From a virus, in IMG/VR virus record IMGVR_UViG_3300048922_000467, positions 22,454-86,453 of that record: a stretch of 64,000 bases of DNA. One strand, given 5' to 3'. Positions 35,452-45,500 of the stretch are shown piece by piece. How positions within the stretch are numbered: the stretch's first letter is position 1; the number at the start of each line of letters is the position of its first letter. The translations under genes were made by a program, and so were the position numbers. The notes below the pieces were generated by a model. It saw nothing but the letters and a program-made list of their open reading frames with translations. It was not told where the DNA came from and did not search any database.

Positions 35452-36630
35452 TTAAGCGGCTTTGTCCAGGACTTCGGTGAGCCACTGGTTGGTCACTTCG
35501 ACTTGGAAAGTGGGGTTCTCAGCCGGTGGCACGTCGGTGAAACGGATGTTCCAGTACACCTTGCCCTGCTCGAGCTGGGTCGCGGTGTTCAGCACGGGAT
35601 CTGCGTACACCTCGAAGTTGATGATCGCGCCCTGATTCTTGAGGTCGCGCATGAACGCCTGCAGGCCCTCGGTCACGTCCTTGACGTAGGTCGCGGTAAT
35701 GCCTCGGTCGACCGCCCAGCGGTGGCCGTACAGGATCGCGTCCATGACCATGTCCATGGTTCGCACGCGAGTGACGAAGGCCCACTTGGGATCGCTCGAC
35801 AAGGTGCGGTTGCCCCACAGGCGGTAGCCGTCCTCGCGGATGATGGTTGTAACATTGGCGTTATTCAGCAGGTTGGCCCGGCAGGTCTCGTCGCCGTCCA
35901 GGAACTCGACGGAACGAGTGGTACCGGTGATGCCGACGAACTCCTTGTTGGACGGCGAGGCCCAGAAGCCGTACTCGGCATCAGTCCAGGCGAACAGGCC
36001 AGCGGTATAGGCAGAACCCGGCGCGTCGATGGTGGCATTTTTGGTGGTGTCCCAGTACTGCACGCCAGGGTCGACCATGAATACGCGCCTGGAACCGAAG
36101 TTCTTGGCGTAAGCCATGGCCGCCTCGTCCGTGGTGCCCGGCCCGTCGATGATGGCGAGCGCGCGCAGCTTGCCGGCCAGTGCATCCATGGCCGTGGCCA
36201 CCGCCAGGGTCGCGCTGTGCTTGGGCGCGATCAGCAGACGCGGCTGGGCGTTGAAGCGGCTCTTGCCGTCCAGCAACGCCTGCAGGCCGCTACGCTTGCC
36301 GCTGGCCAGCACCCCGCCAATGATGGCCGAGGTTTGCGCGGCCGCATCGGCAACCTTGGCCACACCGCACCCAACGATCACCGCCTTGGCCCGGACGAAG
36401 ATCGCCTGACAGGCCTTGGTGATGGCTGCATCAGCGCCCCAGGCGGCGATCGCCTCGCGCTCGTTGGTGATCAGCAGCAGATCGCCGGCGGCCGCAGTCG
36501 GTGTGCTCGAGGCGCCGGGGCCTGGGGTGAAGGTGTCGACCAGGCCGATGATCGAGGAAGACGGCAGCGCAATGCTGCGCGCCCCGGTGTCGACGTTCGA
36601 GACCGTGACGCCGTGAAAGAATCTAGCCAT
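35452..36630 (-). CDS. Tail sheath protein (P2 FI-like)
   Basis: FFHGV, FWASPSN, GYRLWGNRT, PPAENP. Confidence 0.93.
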   Translation of the reverse strand: MARFFHGVTVSNVDTGARSIALPSSSIIGLVDTFTPGPGASSTPTAAAGDLLLITNEREAIAAWGADAAITKACQAIFVRAKAVIVGCGVAKVADAAAQTSAIIGGVLASGKRSGLQALLDGKSRFNAQPRLLIAPKHSATLAVATAMDALAGKLRALAIIDGPGTTDEAAMAYAKNFGSRRVFMVDPGVQYWDTTKNATIDAPGSAYTAGLFAWTDAEYGFWASPSNKEFVGITGTTRSVEFLDGDETCRANLLNNANVTTIIREDGYRLWGNRTLSSDPKWAFVTRVRTMDMVMDAILYGHRWAVDRGITATYVKDVTEGLQAFMRDLKNQGAIINFEVYADPVLNTATQLEQGKVYWNIRFTDVPPAENPTFQVEVTNQWLTEVLDKAA

Positions 36631-36680
36631 AGAAAGGCTCCAGAAATCACAAGGCCGCGACAAAGGCGCGGCCGGGGTAC

Positions 36681-36702
36681 AAAAAAAGCCGCATAGCGGC
36701 TT
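36681..36702 (-). terminator. Intrinsic terminator
   Basis: AAGCCGC-TAT-GCGGCTT followed by a T-run on the minus strand. Confidence 0.7.
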
Positions 36703-36724
36703 GGGGGTGATCCGACAAAACGGG

Positions 36725-37189
36725 TCAGGCGGCGTTGCCTACTCCCTGTACGGCGGCCTTGATGGCAGCGATGGCCGCGTCGGTCACCGCCTCTACTGCT
36801 TCATGCGTGCCTGCCTTGAGCGCTTGCTGCTTGCCCTTGAGGCGCGCGGCGCGGATGGCATACAGCGCACCTTTCCAGGCTGCAGCCTCCGCCAAGATGC
36901 TGTCGGCGGCATCCTGGGGCGAAAGATCAGCGGCATCGATCCAGGCCTGGACTGTGGCTGGTACAGTACCCTTGTAGCCGGCTACGGCGAAGGCCTGGGC
37001 TTCCTCGGCGGCGATTCGGTACTCGAAGGCGCGCAGTGGGTCGCCCAGCACAGCCAGACGCGCCGCGTCAGCTGCCTGGTCGACCTGGCGGCAAGCCACC
37101 TGCAAGGCCGCACCAAAGGGCAAGGCCGTGAAGCCGAAGCCGATATAGGAATTGCCGGCGTAGTCAATGGTCAGGTTTTGCTTTTCCAT
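36725..37189 (-). CDS. Tail fibre assembly-like protein
   Basis: VDQAADAAR...EY...IRAARLKGK; follows fibre genes. Confidence 0.7.
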   Translation of the reverse strand: MEKQNLTIDYAGNSYIGFGFTALPFGAALQVACRQVDQAADAARLAVLGDPLRAFEYRIAAEEAQAFAVAGYKGTVPATVQAWIDAADLSPQDAADSILAEAAAWKGALYAIRAARLKGKQQALKAGTHEAVEAVTDAAIAAIKAAVQGVGNAA

Positions 37190-37201
37190 GGGTTTCCTCG
37201 C

Positions 37202-37957
37202 TTAGAGCGCGTTCAGGTTGGTCAGGACGTTGTTCAGCGATTTCGGGTCGGTACCCGAACTGACGCCAGCGATGTATTTACCCCCGAACCCGCTAGGGAA
37301 CGTCGTGGAGTACACGTTCAGCGCGGTGGCACAGGTGCTTGGTCCCACCAGAGCGCCGAAGAAAGAGGCATCCATGGTTACAGCCAGGGATTCCAGCGAA
37401 ACGCCAATGATCGGCGGCAGGCTCGATCCGGAATTGGCCCGGATCAACGAACACAGGCGCGTGTTGGTGGGAGCAGGCGAAACGCCGGCCGTGGAAGGGA
37501 ACACCACGTCGACGTTACGGATCTCGATCGAGGACGATTGCGACAGCATCAAGAAGCTGCTCAGGCTGGTGATGACACCATCGGCCTCGGTGCTCTGGCT
37601 GTATTTGGGCTTGAGCTTGGGCTGGGTCGCCGCAAAACCGCCGTAGATGTACAGGTAAGCGCAGCTTGAGATGATGCGACTTTCCATGGTGTAGTCGGAC
37701 AGCAGGTTGACCTGACAGGTACCGGCGGCAGGCGTCGACTTCAGTGCCTTCTCGATGGTCTTGAAGGGCGCTTCGCGGGTACCGGGGTTGGTGTCCAGGC
37801 CCACAGCCTGATCGACGTACCAGGAACGAGTCGTCTCTGGCACGGCGGCGATGGCTGCGGCCACTGCGCTATCGATCGAGTTCTTGCGCGCGTTGAAGTA
37901 GTCGATCAGCGAGGTCGCTTTGCTGGTCAAGGCTGCAATTTCGGTTTCGAGACTCAT
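37202..37957 (-). CDS. Putative distal tail fibre / receptor-binding protein
   Basis: MSLETEIAAL coiled coil, YVDQAVGLDTNPGTREAPFKTI motif, beta-rich C-terminus. Confidence 0.65.
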   Translation of the reverse strand: MSLETEIAALTSKATSLIDYFNARKNSIDSAVAAAIAAVPETTRSWYVDQAVGLDTNPGTREAPFKTIEKALKSTPAAGTCQVNLLSDYTMESRIISSCAYLYIYGGFAATQPKLKPKYSQSTEADGVITSLSSFLMLSQSSSIEIRNVDVVFPSTAGVSPAPTNTRLCSLIRANSGSSLPPIIGVSLESLAVTMDASFFGALVGPSTCATALNVYSTTFPSGFGGKYIAGVSSGTDPKSLNNVLTNLNAL

Positions 37958-37962
37958 GGGTC

Positions 37963-38841
37963 TTACGCTCCGTTGATGTGTTTGGTCAGTTGTGTTTGTG
38001 TGGAAAGGATCGCTTCGGCAGCGCTGATACCCATGCTGCGCACGCCTTCATGGTCGGTCGCATGCTGCTGTTCGGCTGCCGCCAACCGTTCCCCGTGTAG
38101 CGCCAGGCGATCACTGTTACTGGTCTGCCGTCGGCTCAATTCGGTCAGCTGGTCTTGTCGTTCAAGGCCGCGCTTCTGCTCGCTGATCAAGGCCTCGGCG
38201 GCGCTGATACCCATGCTCAAGAGGCCATCGTGGTCATCGACCTGACGTTGCTCGACTGCCCCCATTCGGTTGGTCAGATCCTCGATCAGGCGGGCAGCTC
38301 GCTCGCTGCTGACCTGCTGCCGCTTTGCCAGCGCCTCGAGATCGTCGCGCTGCAGCAAGCCGCGTAGTTGCTCACCCAGCAGGGCACTGGCTATGGCAGC
38401 CAGGGGAGCCGCGAGCGTCAGGTTAAGACCGGCCGCACCGCTGACGATGGTCACGCTGTCCGCCGGCAGCGCCGACAGCGACAGGTCATAGGCCAGCAGT
38501 AGGTCGGTGCCGGCCGCTTTGTAGGTCAGGATCTCGGTCGGGTGCGACCACACCGCGAGCAGCGTGCCGTCGGCCAGGACAAAGCCGATCTCCCGTACCC
38601 AAAACTCGGCATCACCGTCGGCCAAAGCGGTCAGGTGGATCAGCGTGTCGCTCAGCCGCTCGCCCCCTGCGATCGGGTACTTGGCCACCTGGGCGCGCAG
38701 GCTTTTCTGTGAGTTGCTGGGGGTGTAACCGGCAGTACCGAGCACGACGTGGGTAATCTGCGCGGACAGCCCGGTGTTGGTCTCATTCCAGACCGCCCCC
38801 AAGCCGGCCTTGGTGATCACAGGTTGCAACGGGGTACTCAT
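37963..38841 (-). CDS. Proximal tail fibre/collar protein
   Basis: ITKAGL...FWVREIG...LLAV fibre N-terminal domain followed by coiled coil. Confidence 0.75.
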   Translation of the reverse strand: MSTPLQPVITKAGLGAVWNETNTGLSAQITHVVLGTAGYTPSNSQKSLRAQVAKYPIAGGERLSDTLIHLTALADGDAEFWVREIGFVLADGTLLAVWSHPTEILTYKAAGTDLLLAYDLSLSALPADSVTIVSGAAGLNLTLAAPLAAIASALLGEQLRGLLQRDDLEALAKRQQVSSERAARLIEDLTNRMGAVEQRQVDDHDGLLSMGISAAEALISEQKRGLERQDQLTELSRRQTSNSDRLALHGERLAAAEQQHATDHEGVRSMGISAAEAILSTQTQLTKHINGA

Positions 38842-39650
38842 AAAACAGCCTCCATCGTGCCGCGCACGACGATACGGGCGCGGGCCGCATTGGCGACCTG
38901 CACGCTTGCCTGAACATGGATCGGTACGCCCAGCGCCTCGGCAAAGCCTCGAGACACCGCGCGCGCTTGGGTTGCGTTGGCCCAGTGCAAGGCCTGGGCC
39001 GACAGCGGCAGCGGTACGGCCGTCGCTTCCAGGGTCGTGCGGTGCAGCGCCTGCCCTTGCGTGGCGTTGGCCAGCTGCAGGGTCTGCGCCGAGGGATCGA
39101 GCGGCACCGGCTGGGCTTGGGCCGTTTTTCGATGCAGCAGGTAGGCCTGCCCGGCGTTGGCCATGGCCAGGCCGCCATCGAATCGCGCACCGAGCCGAAA
39201 GGTATAGTGACTGCGCTCGTTCTTCGCCGCGTCGACCAGGGCGCGTAGCCGCTGCTCGAGCTGCGGCGAAATGATCGTGCCTTCACCGCCTCGGTTCTCG
39301 TTGGCCCAGGCCGTGACCTGGAAGGTGTACGGCACCCCGTTTGGGATCTCCCGCCAGTCCTTGAGATCGGCGTTGACGTTCACCGCCCGCAGTACCCGGC
39401 GGATAGCACCGACCGTGCCCTTGGTCTTGTGGATCGGTATCGCCTGGCGGATCAGGGCGCGCTGCTGGTCTTCGGTGTTGGCCGCCTCCCAGCCTTCGAC
39501 CTTCATCGCCCAGCCAAGCCAGGGCAGGAAGTTCGGCGGACAGCGCGCCGAGTCCGCCACCCCACGGATGATGTCGGGGTCGACGTTCTGGTCGCAGGCC
39601 ACTTCCAGCGCGCGCTCGAGCTGGGTCGCGTTGGGCGGTAGCAGGCTCAC
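38838..39650 (-). CDS. P2 gpI-like tail protein
   Basis: MSLLPPNATQLERAL, LPWLGW, HKTKGT. Confidence 0.9.
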   Translation of the reverse strand: MSLLPPNATQLERALEVACDQNVDPDIIRGVADSARCPPNFLPWLGWAMKVEGWEAANTEDQQRALIRQAIPIHKTKGTVGAIRRVLRAVNVNADLKDWREIPNGVPYTFQVTAWANENRGGEGTIISPQLEQRLRALVDAAKNERSHYTFRLGARFDGGLAMANAGQAYLLHRKTAQAQPVPLDPSAQTLQLANATQGQALHRTTLEATAVPLPLSAQALHWANATQARAVSRGFAEALGVPIHVQASVQVANAARARIVVRGTMEAVL

Positions 39651-40627
39651 GTCACCACCTTCGTATCCAGCGCGATGCCGGTGCAGTTGGGGTAGTGACG
39701 CTTATCGCTCAGCACGTCGCCCTTGGGCTGGACCAAGTCGACGCGCTGCACCCCGCTGACGTGCAGCGCGGCGTAGATGGCTGACAGCGACAGTTCGCCT
39801 TCCAGATCCCGCGCCTTGGCAATGGCCGCGTCCAGGCTGGCTTTTGCAGCCTTCTTGACCACGGCAGGCTCCGGGCCGCTGTCCAGCTCGAGCGTGGCCA
39901 CCACCTTGAAGTCCACCGGCTGGCCCAGCTGGGCACGCGGTCGATCGGTGAGCGGTCGCACCGTCTCGGCAGACAGCGCAGCCTGCACCAGGTCCACCAG
40001 CGCTTGCGGCTTCTCCTGGCTGTCCAGCCGTGGCAGCACGGCCAGGGACACGTCGCCGGGCAGCGGGTTGGCCAGGCCTGCGTCGTAATCGCAGACCAGA
40101 ACGATGGCCCCGGCCGGCAACTGCGCGCGCACAGCCTCCGGTACCGCGACCCCGACAAAGGTCGGCGAGTCCACCGACACGCTGCCCACGCTCGCCGAGG
40201 CACTGAGGCCGTGATACTCGTAGGCACCGCGACTGCCGGCAACGGACAGGGCCTCGAGCGACAGCCGCGTGCGGTAGCGCAGTGGCTCGTCCTTTTCCAT
40301 GACGGCCTCGACCGGCGGTACCGCGTCAGGATCGGCCGGGATGAGGGTCAGCCGCTTGACCTCGTAGTCGGCCGCGCGGTTGTCCAGGTCAGCGCCCTTG
40401 GCATAGGCCAGCAAGCTCGACTTGGCCGCATCGTTGGTACGCGCCCGACCGAGCATCTTCTGGTAGGCCGCGACCTCGAGCAGCTTCACGACCGGATCGG
40501 ACTCGAGCAGCGCCGTCCATTGATCGCCCATCTGCGCGCGGAAGTTGTCGAGTACTTCCTGATAGAGCGCTTCGTACTCGAGCGTTTCCAACACGTCCGG
40601 CGGTGGCAGTAGAGAAAGATCGATCAT
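39647..40627 (-). CDS. Baseplate J-like protein
   Basis: MIDLSLLPPP, LSVAGSRGAYEYH, VRPLTD. Confidence 0.92.
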   Translation of the reverse strand: MIDLSLLPPPDVLETLEYEALYQEVLDNFRAQMGDQWTALLESDPVVKLLEVAAYQKMLGRARTNDAAKSSLLAYAKGADLDNRAADYEVKRLTLIPADPDAVPPVEAVMEKDEPLRYRTRLSLEALSVAGSRGAYEYHGLSASASVGSVSVDSPTFVGVAVPEAVRAQLPAGAIVLVCDYDAGLANPLPGDVSLAVLPRLDSQEKPQALVDLVQAALSAETVRPLTDRPRAQLGQPVDFKVVATLELDSGPEPAVVKKAAKASLDAAIAKARDLEGELSLSAIYAALHVSGVQRVDLVQPKGDVLSDKRHYPNCTGIALDTKVVT

Positions 40628-40950
40628 GCACTAACCTCCACGACCAGGGCGTTGCCCAGGTATTCGCCGCTCAGGCGCAGGCCGATCTGTCCGTCGATCA
40701 CCGAGACCACCTGGACCCGCTCGAGCTTGATGCGCGGTTCCCAGCGGCCCAGCGCGCGGGCAACCTCGGCCTGCACGGCACTTTTCCAACCGTCGTTGAC
40801 CGGCATGTCGACGTAGCGGCGCAAGGTGCTGCCGTAAGCCGGACGCATGCGCCGACTCCCTACAGGGGTCGTCAGGATGTCGCCGATGGACTGCTTGAGG
40901 TGGTCAACCCCGGACAGCGATAGGCCCGTGCTGCGGTCGACGCCGATCAT
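40624..40950 (-). CDS. Baseplate wedge gpW/gp25-like protein
   Basis: HLKQSIGDILTTPVGSRRMRPAYGS, RWEPRI. Confidence 0.92.
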   Translation of the reverse strand: MIGVDRSTGLSLSGVDHLKQSIGDILTTPVGSRRMRPAYGSTLRRYVDMPVNDGWKSAVQAEVARALGRWEPRIKLERVQVVSVIDGQIGLRLSGEYLGNALVVEVSA

Positions 40951-40954
40951 GGGG

Positions 40955-41185
40955 TCAGCCCTCGCGCACCAGGTCCGAATGCGCCTGCAGGAAGGCCATG
41001 GCCTCAGCGTCGTCTTCGGCAACGCTCACCAACTGTGCACGCACGGGCAGTTCGCGCATGCTGTCCGGCAGGATCAGCACGCGGGAGGTGAAAACGGTGT
41101 CGCGGAACGTCACCTGCGCCGGCGCCGGTGCGGCCTCGGTGGTGGTGGTGTCTGGATCTGCTGCAGTGGTCTTTTTCGTGGCCAT
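40955..41185 (-). CDS. Small phage hypothetical protein
   Basis: MATKKTT...FRDTVFTSRVLIL; GGAG RBS. Confidence 0.7.
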   Translation of the reverse strand: MATKKTTAADPDTTTTEAAPAPAQVTFRDTVFTSRVLILPDSMRELPVRAQLVSVAEDDAEAMAFLQAHSDLVREG

Positions 41186-41241
41186 GTGTGGCTCCAATGA
41201 AAGGCCCGCACGCGGCGGGCCTTGGAAGGGTTGGTGAGGGG

Positions 41242-41556
41242 TTAGCCGTGCTTGGCGACGGCCTTTTCGACTTCTACAGCCAGCGCAGTGGCCAGGGCCT
41301 GGGGCTTGGCCGTGCTTTGGATGTTGAGGTTGATCGTCACACTGCGCGCCGGCCCTTCGATGTAGCGGCCGCCGCTCAATGCGCGGCACAGGCCCTCAGC
41401 GATAACCTCTGGCTCGTTGTCGCCGGCCAGCAGCCGACGCCAGTAGTCGCGCATGCGGTACTGATCAAATTCCCCGGTGATCTGCCGAGCCACCATGGTG
41501 GCCACCGTCTCGCTGTCGACCCCGTTGATGGGTCCGCGTGTCTTGCTGTCAGCCAT
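41242..41556 (-). CDS. Hypothetical protein inserted after baseplate spike
   Basis: MADSKTRG..., 104 aa, co-directional. Confidence 0.55.
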   Translation of the reverse strand: MADSKTRGPINGVDSETVATMVARQITGEFDQYRMRDYWRRLLAGDNEPEVIAEGLCRALSGGRYIEGPARSVTINLNIQSTAKPQALATALAVEVEKAVAKHG

Positions 41557-41563
41557 GCCTGCC

Positions 41564-42166
41564 TCAATGCTTGTGGTTGGGGGTGTTGCCGGCGGTATCG
41601 ATGATCCTTGCACCGCCGAATATGTCGCCCGTTACGCGTAACACGCCGTTGACTTGAACGTTGCCCTGCAGGGTGATGCTCGGTGCCTTGACCGTGACCG
41701 CCTGGGCCTCGACGGATGCCGTCGCGGTCTTGGCGGTGATGGTGTCGTCGGTGATCACCGCCGTACTGCTGCCGACCTTGGTGGTGACCGTGCCGCTGGG
41801 TAGCGTGATGGTGTAGCTCTTGGCCTCCCAGTCGTAGACCAGCGAACCGCCATCGTCGAAGCGCCAAACCTCGACGTGGTCGCGGTTGTCCGGCTGGGGA
41901 CCGGCGTTGCCGTATAGCCCTGGCACGAACGTACCCTGCGCCGGTTCGCCGCTCGGGCTGATCAGCGCACCCTGCTCGCCCAGGCTGGGCGCTCGCCAGT
42001 GCCGTGCCTTGCCGGCGGCCAGGGCATACCAGCGCACCCAGGCGCTGGTCCAATCGCCGCCGTCTGACACACGCACCTTGCCGGCTGCCAGGTCTACGCC
42101 GACGACGTAGCAGGGAATCACCAGGCCTGCCAGCATGCGATCGGCCTGGGCCGCCGCGTAGCTCAT
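41564..42166 (-). CDS. Baseplate spike gpV
   Basis: [18 protein letters not shown]-terminal HKH. Confidence 0.92.
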   Translation of the reverse strand: MSYAAAQADRMLAGLVIPCYVVGVDLAAGKVRVSDGGDWTSAWVRWYALAAGKARHWRAPSLGEQGALISPSGEPAQGTFVPGLYGNAGPQPDNRDHVEVWRFDDGGSLVYDWEAKSYTITLPSGTVTTKVGSSTAVITDDTITAKTATASVEAQAVTVKAPSITLQGNVQVNGVLRVTGDIFGGARIIDTAGNTPNHKH

Positions 42167-42723
42167 GCCAGACTCTCCGGCGCCTGCAGACTCTCCGGCG
42201 CCTGATAGTGGCCTTCGTTGCTCGGTCCAGACTGAGGATCGAAGGCAAAGACCAGCGACCCCGGCGGTTCGTCTGGCCATGGCCACTCGGTGTCGCCCAA
42301 GTAGACCACCTGCCGCCATTGCACTGACCAGCCGACGCATTTCAGCAGTTCCGGCGTGATCTCCGACGGCATGGCCTGCACGTCATGGGTCTGGTCGACG
42401 AAGTCCAGATCCCAATACTGCCCGTCCAGCAACTTGACCAGCTTGCTGGCCAGGATCGCGGCCTGCAGCGGCGCCTGTTCGCGGACCTCCTCGACCAGAA
42501 TCAAGGCCTCGAAGGTGGCCACGATGCAGGTGCGGCCGTCGCCGGGATCTGGCCCAGGGGCCATGCCGGTGATGGCATAGAACAGCGCCGGCAGTTTCAT
42601 GCCCTCCTCGATCACCGGATAGGCCGCGATGTTCTGCAGCTGCGGCAGCGCCTGGGTCATGGCCTCGGTCATGGCCGTGTGCAACTGGGTCAGCTCGCTA
42701 GGTGATGTCTGCTGTTCGCTCAT
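42163..42723 (-). CDS. Tail completion/terminator-like protein
   Basis: Position between head joining gene and gpV; WSVQWRQ. Confidence 0.7.
   Translation of the reverse strand: MSEQQTSPSELTQLHTAMTEAMTQALPQLQNIAAYPVIEEGMKLPALFYAITGMAPGPDPGDGRTCIVATFEALILVEEVREQAPLQAAILASKLVKLLDGQYWDLDFVDQTHDVQAMPSEITPELLKCVGWSVQWRQVVYLGDTEWPWPDEPPGSLVFAFDPQSGPSNEGHYQAPESLQAPESLA
42169..42204. repeat. 18-bp tandem duplication
   Basis: CAGACTCTCCGGCGCCTG x2, encoding QAPESL twice. Confidence 0.9.
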
Positions 42724-43072
42724 GCTTCACCGTCAGGATCAGGGTTACCCAGCCGGTACCATCAGGCTCCGGCCGTACCACGGTGTAGGCCCCGCCGCCG
42801 TCCTCGGGGGCCAGCTCGATGGTCAGAGCAGCCCCCTTGCCCAGGCCGGCCGCGTCGGTCACCGGCAGACTGAACTGGGGTTCGCGCGCCGCCTCGGCGT
42901 TGATGCTCGAGGCCAGGCGCTTGCTGCCCAGCTGGGGGTCGCGGAAGGGATTTTCGAAGATGCCCTGCACTGAACGGCCATCGGCAAGCGTGGCTCGATC
43001 GCCGACACATCGCAGAATGGGTCCGTCCAGGCGCCGGGCCGCACGCTCTCGAAAGCTCGATGCCGTCGCCAT
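42698..43072 (-). CDS. Head-tail joining protein
   Basis: YTVVRPEPDGTGWVTLIL; position after DUF2190. Confidence 0.75.
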   Translation of the reverse strand: MATASSFRERAARRLDGPILRCVGDRATLADGRSVQGIFENPFRDPQLGSKRLASSINAEAAREPQFSLPVTDAAGLGKGAALTIELAPEDGGGAYTVVRPEPDGTGWVTLILTVKHERTADIT

Positions 43073-43386
43073 CACTGCACGATCAGCACTTCGGCATAGC
43101 CGCCGGCGGAATCGCTCAGCAGCTTGCCGTAGGGCTTGGAGCCTTCCGTACCCGGCGCGACCAGCGCGCCGTCCTTCACGCTGGCCGCGTTGCCGGCCTT
43201 GAGCGAGGCGTCGGCCGGGACGCTCCAGGCCCCGGCCGTGCGGTAGGTGATGAGCGTGCCCTTGGGGCCGCTTTCCAGCGGCATGACCGCCAGGTCGTTG
43301 ATCACTTGGGGAACGCCCTTCTCCGACCCGCCGGTCGGTGCCGGCAGGGTGACGGTGTCGCCACTGTTCACATAGTTGGTCGCCAT
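43072..43386 (-). CDS. DUF2190-like head decoration protein
   Basis: MATNYVNSGDTV; follows capsid. Confidence 0.8.
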   Translation of the reverse strand: MATNYVNSGDTVTLPAPTGGSEKGVPQVINDLAVMPLESGPKGTLITYRTAGAWSVPADASLKAGNAASVKDGALVAPGTEGSKPYGKLLSDSAGGYAEVLIVQ

Positions 43387-43448
43387 GATTCTCTTTCTCC
43401 AGAAACAACAAACCCCGCAGGTGCGGGGTGTTTGGCATCGCGCGCGGC

Positions 43449-45500
43449 TTACTGGCCGGCGGACTTGTTCAAGCCGCGAGCATCGAGCGCGGACACGCCG
43501 GCATCGATGCGGACCTTGGAGGCGATACCGTCGCTGGTGAAGCCTTCCTGCTGGTCGAAATACGGCGTCTCGATACCGTCCAGGTAAGCCACCTCGATGG
43601 TGTCCGAGCCTTGCTTGGCCGCCATGTAGTAACTGGTGGCCGAATCCACGTCCAGTCGTGGTTCGGCGATGACCTGGGCGAAGTTGCGGATCGGGTTGTC
43701 GATGCCGGCATTGGTTTCGGCGCCCGGTACCGAGGCCGAGCGGATCAGCTGGTTGGCCTTGTCTTCCAGGGCCACCGGGCACAACAGGAAGGCAGGACGG
43801 ATGTTCAACGGACGCGGCTTGGCGTCCTTGGCCACTGTGGCCTGCTGCAGCGCCATGGCGGTCTTGGCTGCGCTCATCGCCTCGATCGACAGCTTGGAAG
43901 CGGCGCCGGTGAAGAGGTTCTTGCGCGAGGCATCGAACAGCGGTTTGCCGTCCTTCATCTTGCCGTTCTTGATCAACAGGTCGTAGACCAGGTCACCGAT
44001 GGTCGCACGCGCGGCTTCACCCATCAGGCGCGGAACCGCAGTCAGCGCGTCGAGATCATCGTTGATGATCGCCTGACGGTTGATGGTGAACAGCTCGCCG
44101 TAGGTGGCCAGCTGGATGGTCTCCCCGGTGTCGCCCAGGGTGATGTTCTTGTAATCGGCACCAGGACGCACCTCACGCAGCGACGAGAACGACCCCAGGC
44201 CAACGCGGTTGGCGACCTTGAAGTCGCTCAGACGGCCTTTCTTGGTCCAGAGGTGATACGTCTCTTCGGACTTCTCCCAGCCCGCCAGCAGCGACTTATA
44301 GGCCGCGTCGAGCAAGATGTTGCCGAAGTCACTCGAGCCGTGAGTAAAGGCCAGGCCAACCATGCTCATAGGGTGCAGCGTCGAGACCGGCACGCCGCGC
44401 TCGACCAGCGAGGCACGAGCCAGCTCGCGCAGGGTCATGAAATTGAAGCCGTTGTCGTTCTGCAGCTCGTCCAGGCCGGCCCGCGCGTAGATCGAGGCGC
44501 GAACCGAGTCGCCCACCAGGTTGCCGTTGGTAATGTGGCCATGATGGCGGACGGTACCGGTTGGGGTCGTACCTTGGCCGATCACCTCGAGCAGCTTGGC
44601 GTTGGCCTGCTCGAGCGTGCAGTTGGTGTCGTTCAGGCAGGTATCGCGCAACGCTTCGTGCCCGGTGAAGGGGGTGAAGGCCGCCTGAATGGCGGTACGG
44701 CGAGCACCATCAGCCGCCAGGACACGCGCGGCGATCTGCTCGGTGGTTTCGGTGGGGTTGCCAGGCGTTGTTGCTGGCACGCCTGCAGGCGGGGTGACCG
44801 AACCGCGTGGGGTGAAGAGTTGCTGTGCAGCTGGGGGCATGTTGGTGTAGTCCTTCAGGCGGTTGGAGTTGATCGTGGCGAAGGCTTCGATCGGGTCAAG
44901 CAAGGTGTCGGCAAAGCCCAGGGCGACCGCCTCGGCGCCGGTCATCCAGGTTTCGGCCGTCAGCAGCGCCTCGACCTCTTCGACGCTCTTGCCGGTCTTG
45001 GCGACGTACACCGCCACCATGCCGGTCTCGAACTTGTCGAGGGTTTCGGCGTACTTACGCATGGCCTCGGCGTCGCCGCCCTGGATGCCCCAGGGCTTGT
45101 GAACCATCATCATGGCGTTGACCGGCATGCGGATCTCGTCGCAGGCCATGGCCACCACGCTGCCCATGCTCGCGGCCAGGCCGACCACGGTGCCGATCAC
45201 GCGCGCCTTGTGGCTCTTGAGCAGGTTGTACATGGCCATGCCTTCGAAAACGGCACCGCCGGGCGAGTTGATGTGCAGGTTGATCTGCGACACGTCGCCC
45301 ACGGCGCGCAGGTCGTTGGCAAACTGCTGCGCCGAGATCCCCCAGTCGCCAATGTCGCCGAACAGATACACCTCGGCCACGCCGCGCGTGGCAGCGGCCT
45401 TGATGGTGTACCAGCTGCTGCCGGGGCTACCCGTCGTCGTCCCGACCGACCCCTGCGGGTCCATCAGCGGCGGGGGCAGGTTCCTTGTTTGCGTCTGCAT
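43449..45500 (-). CDS. ClpP-like prohead protease / major capsid fusion
   Basis: INSPGG, AASMGS, MMVHKP; capsid part TYGELFTINRQAIINDD. Confidence 0.92.
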   Translation of the reverse strand: MQTQTRNLPPPLMDPQGSVGTTTGSPGSSWYTIKAAATRGVAEVYLFGDIGDWGISAQQFANDLRAVGDVSQINLHINSPGGAVFEGMAMYNLLKSHKARVIGTVVGLAASMGSVVAMACDEIRMPVNAMMMVHKPWGIQGGDAEAMRKYAETLDKFETGMVAVYVAKTGKSVEEVEALLTAETWMTGAEAVALGFADTLLDPIEAFATINSNRLKDYTNMPPAAQQLFTPRGSVTPPAGVPATTPGNPTETTEQIAARVLAADGARRTAIQAAFTPFTGHEALRDTCLNDTNCTLEQANAKLLEVIGQGTTPTGTVRHHGHITNGNLVGDSVRASIYARAGLDELQNDNGFNFMTLRELARASLVERGVPVSTLHPMSMVGLAFTHGSSDFGNILLDAAYKSLLAGWEKSEETYHLWTKKGRLSDFKVANRVGLGSFSSLREVRPGADYKNITLGDTGETIQLATYGELFTINRQAIINDDLDALTAVPRLMGEAARATIGDLVYDLLIKNGKMKDGKPLFDASRKNLFTGAASKLSIEAMSAAKTAMALQQATVAKDAKPRPLNIRPAFLLCPVALEDKANQLIRSASVPGAETNAGIDNPIRNFAQVIAEPRLDVDSATSYYMAAKQGSDTIEVAYLDGIETPYFDQQEGFTSDGIASKVRIDAGVSALDARGLNKSAGQ

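Noticed and set aside
36725-38841. Tail-fibre shufflon/invertible segment
   Set aside because: No inverted fibre cassette, flanking inverted repeats or adjacent invertase
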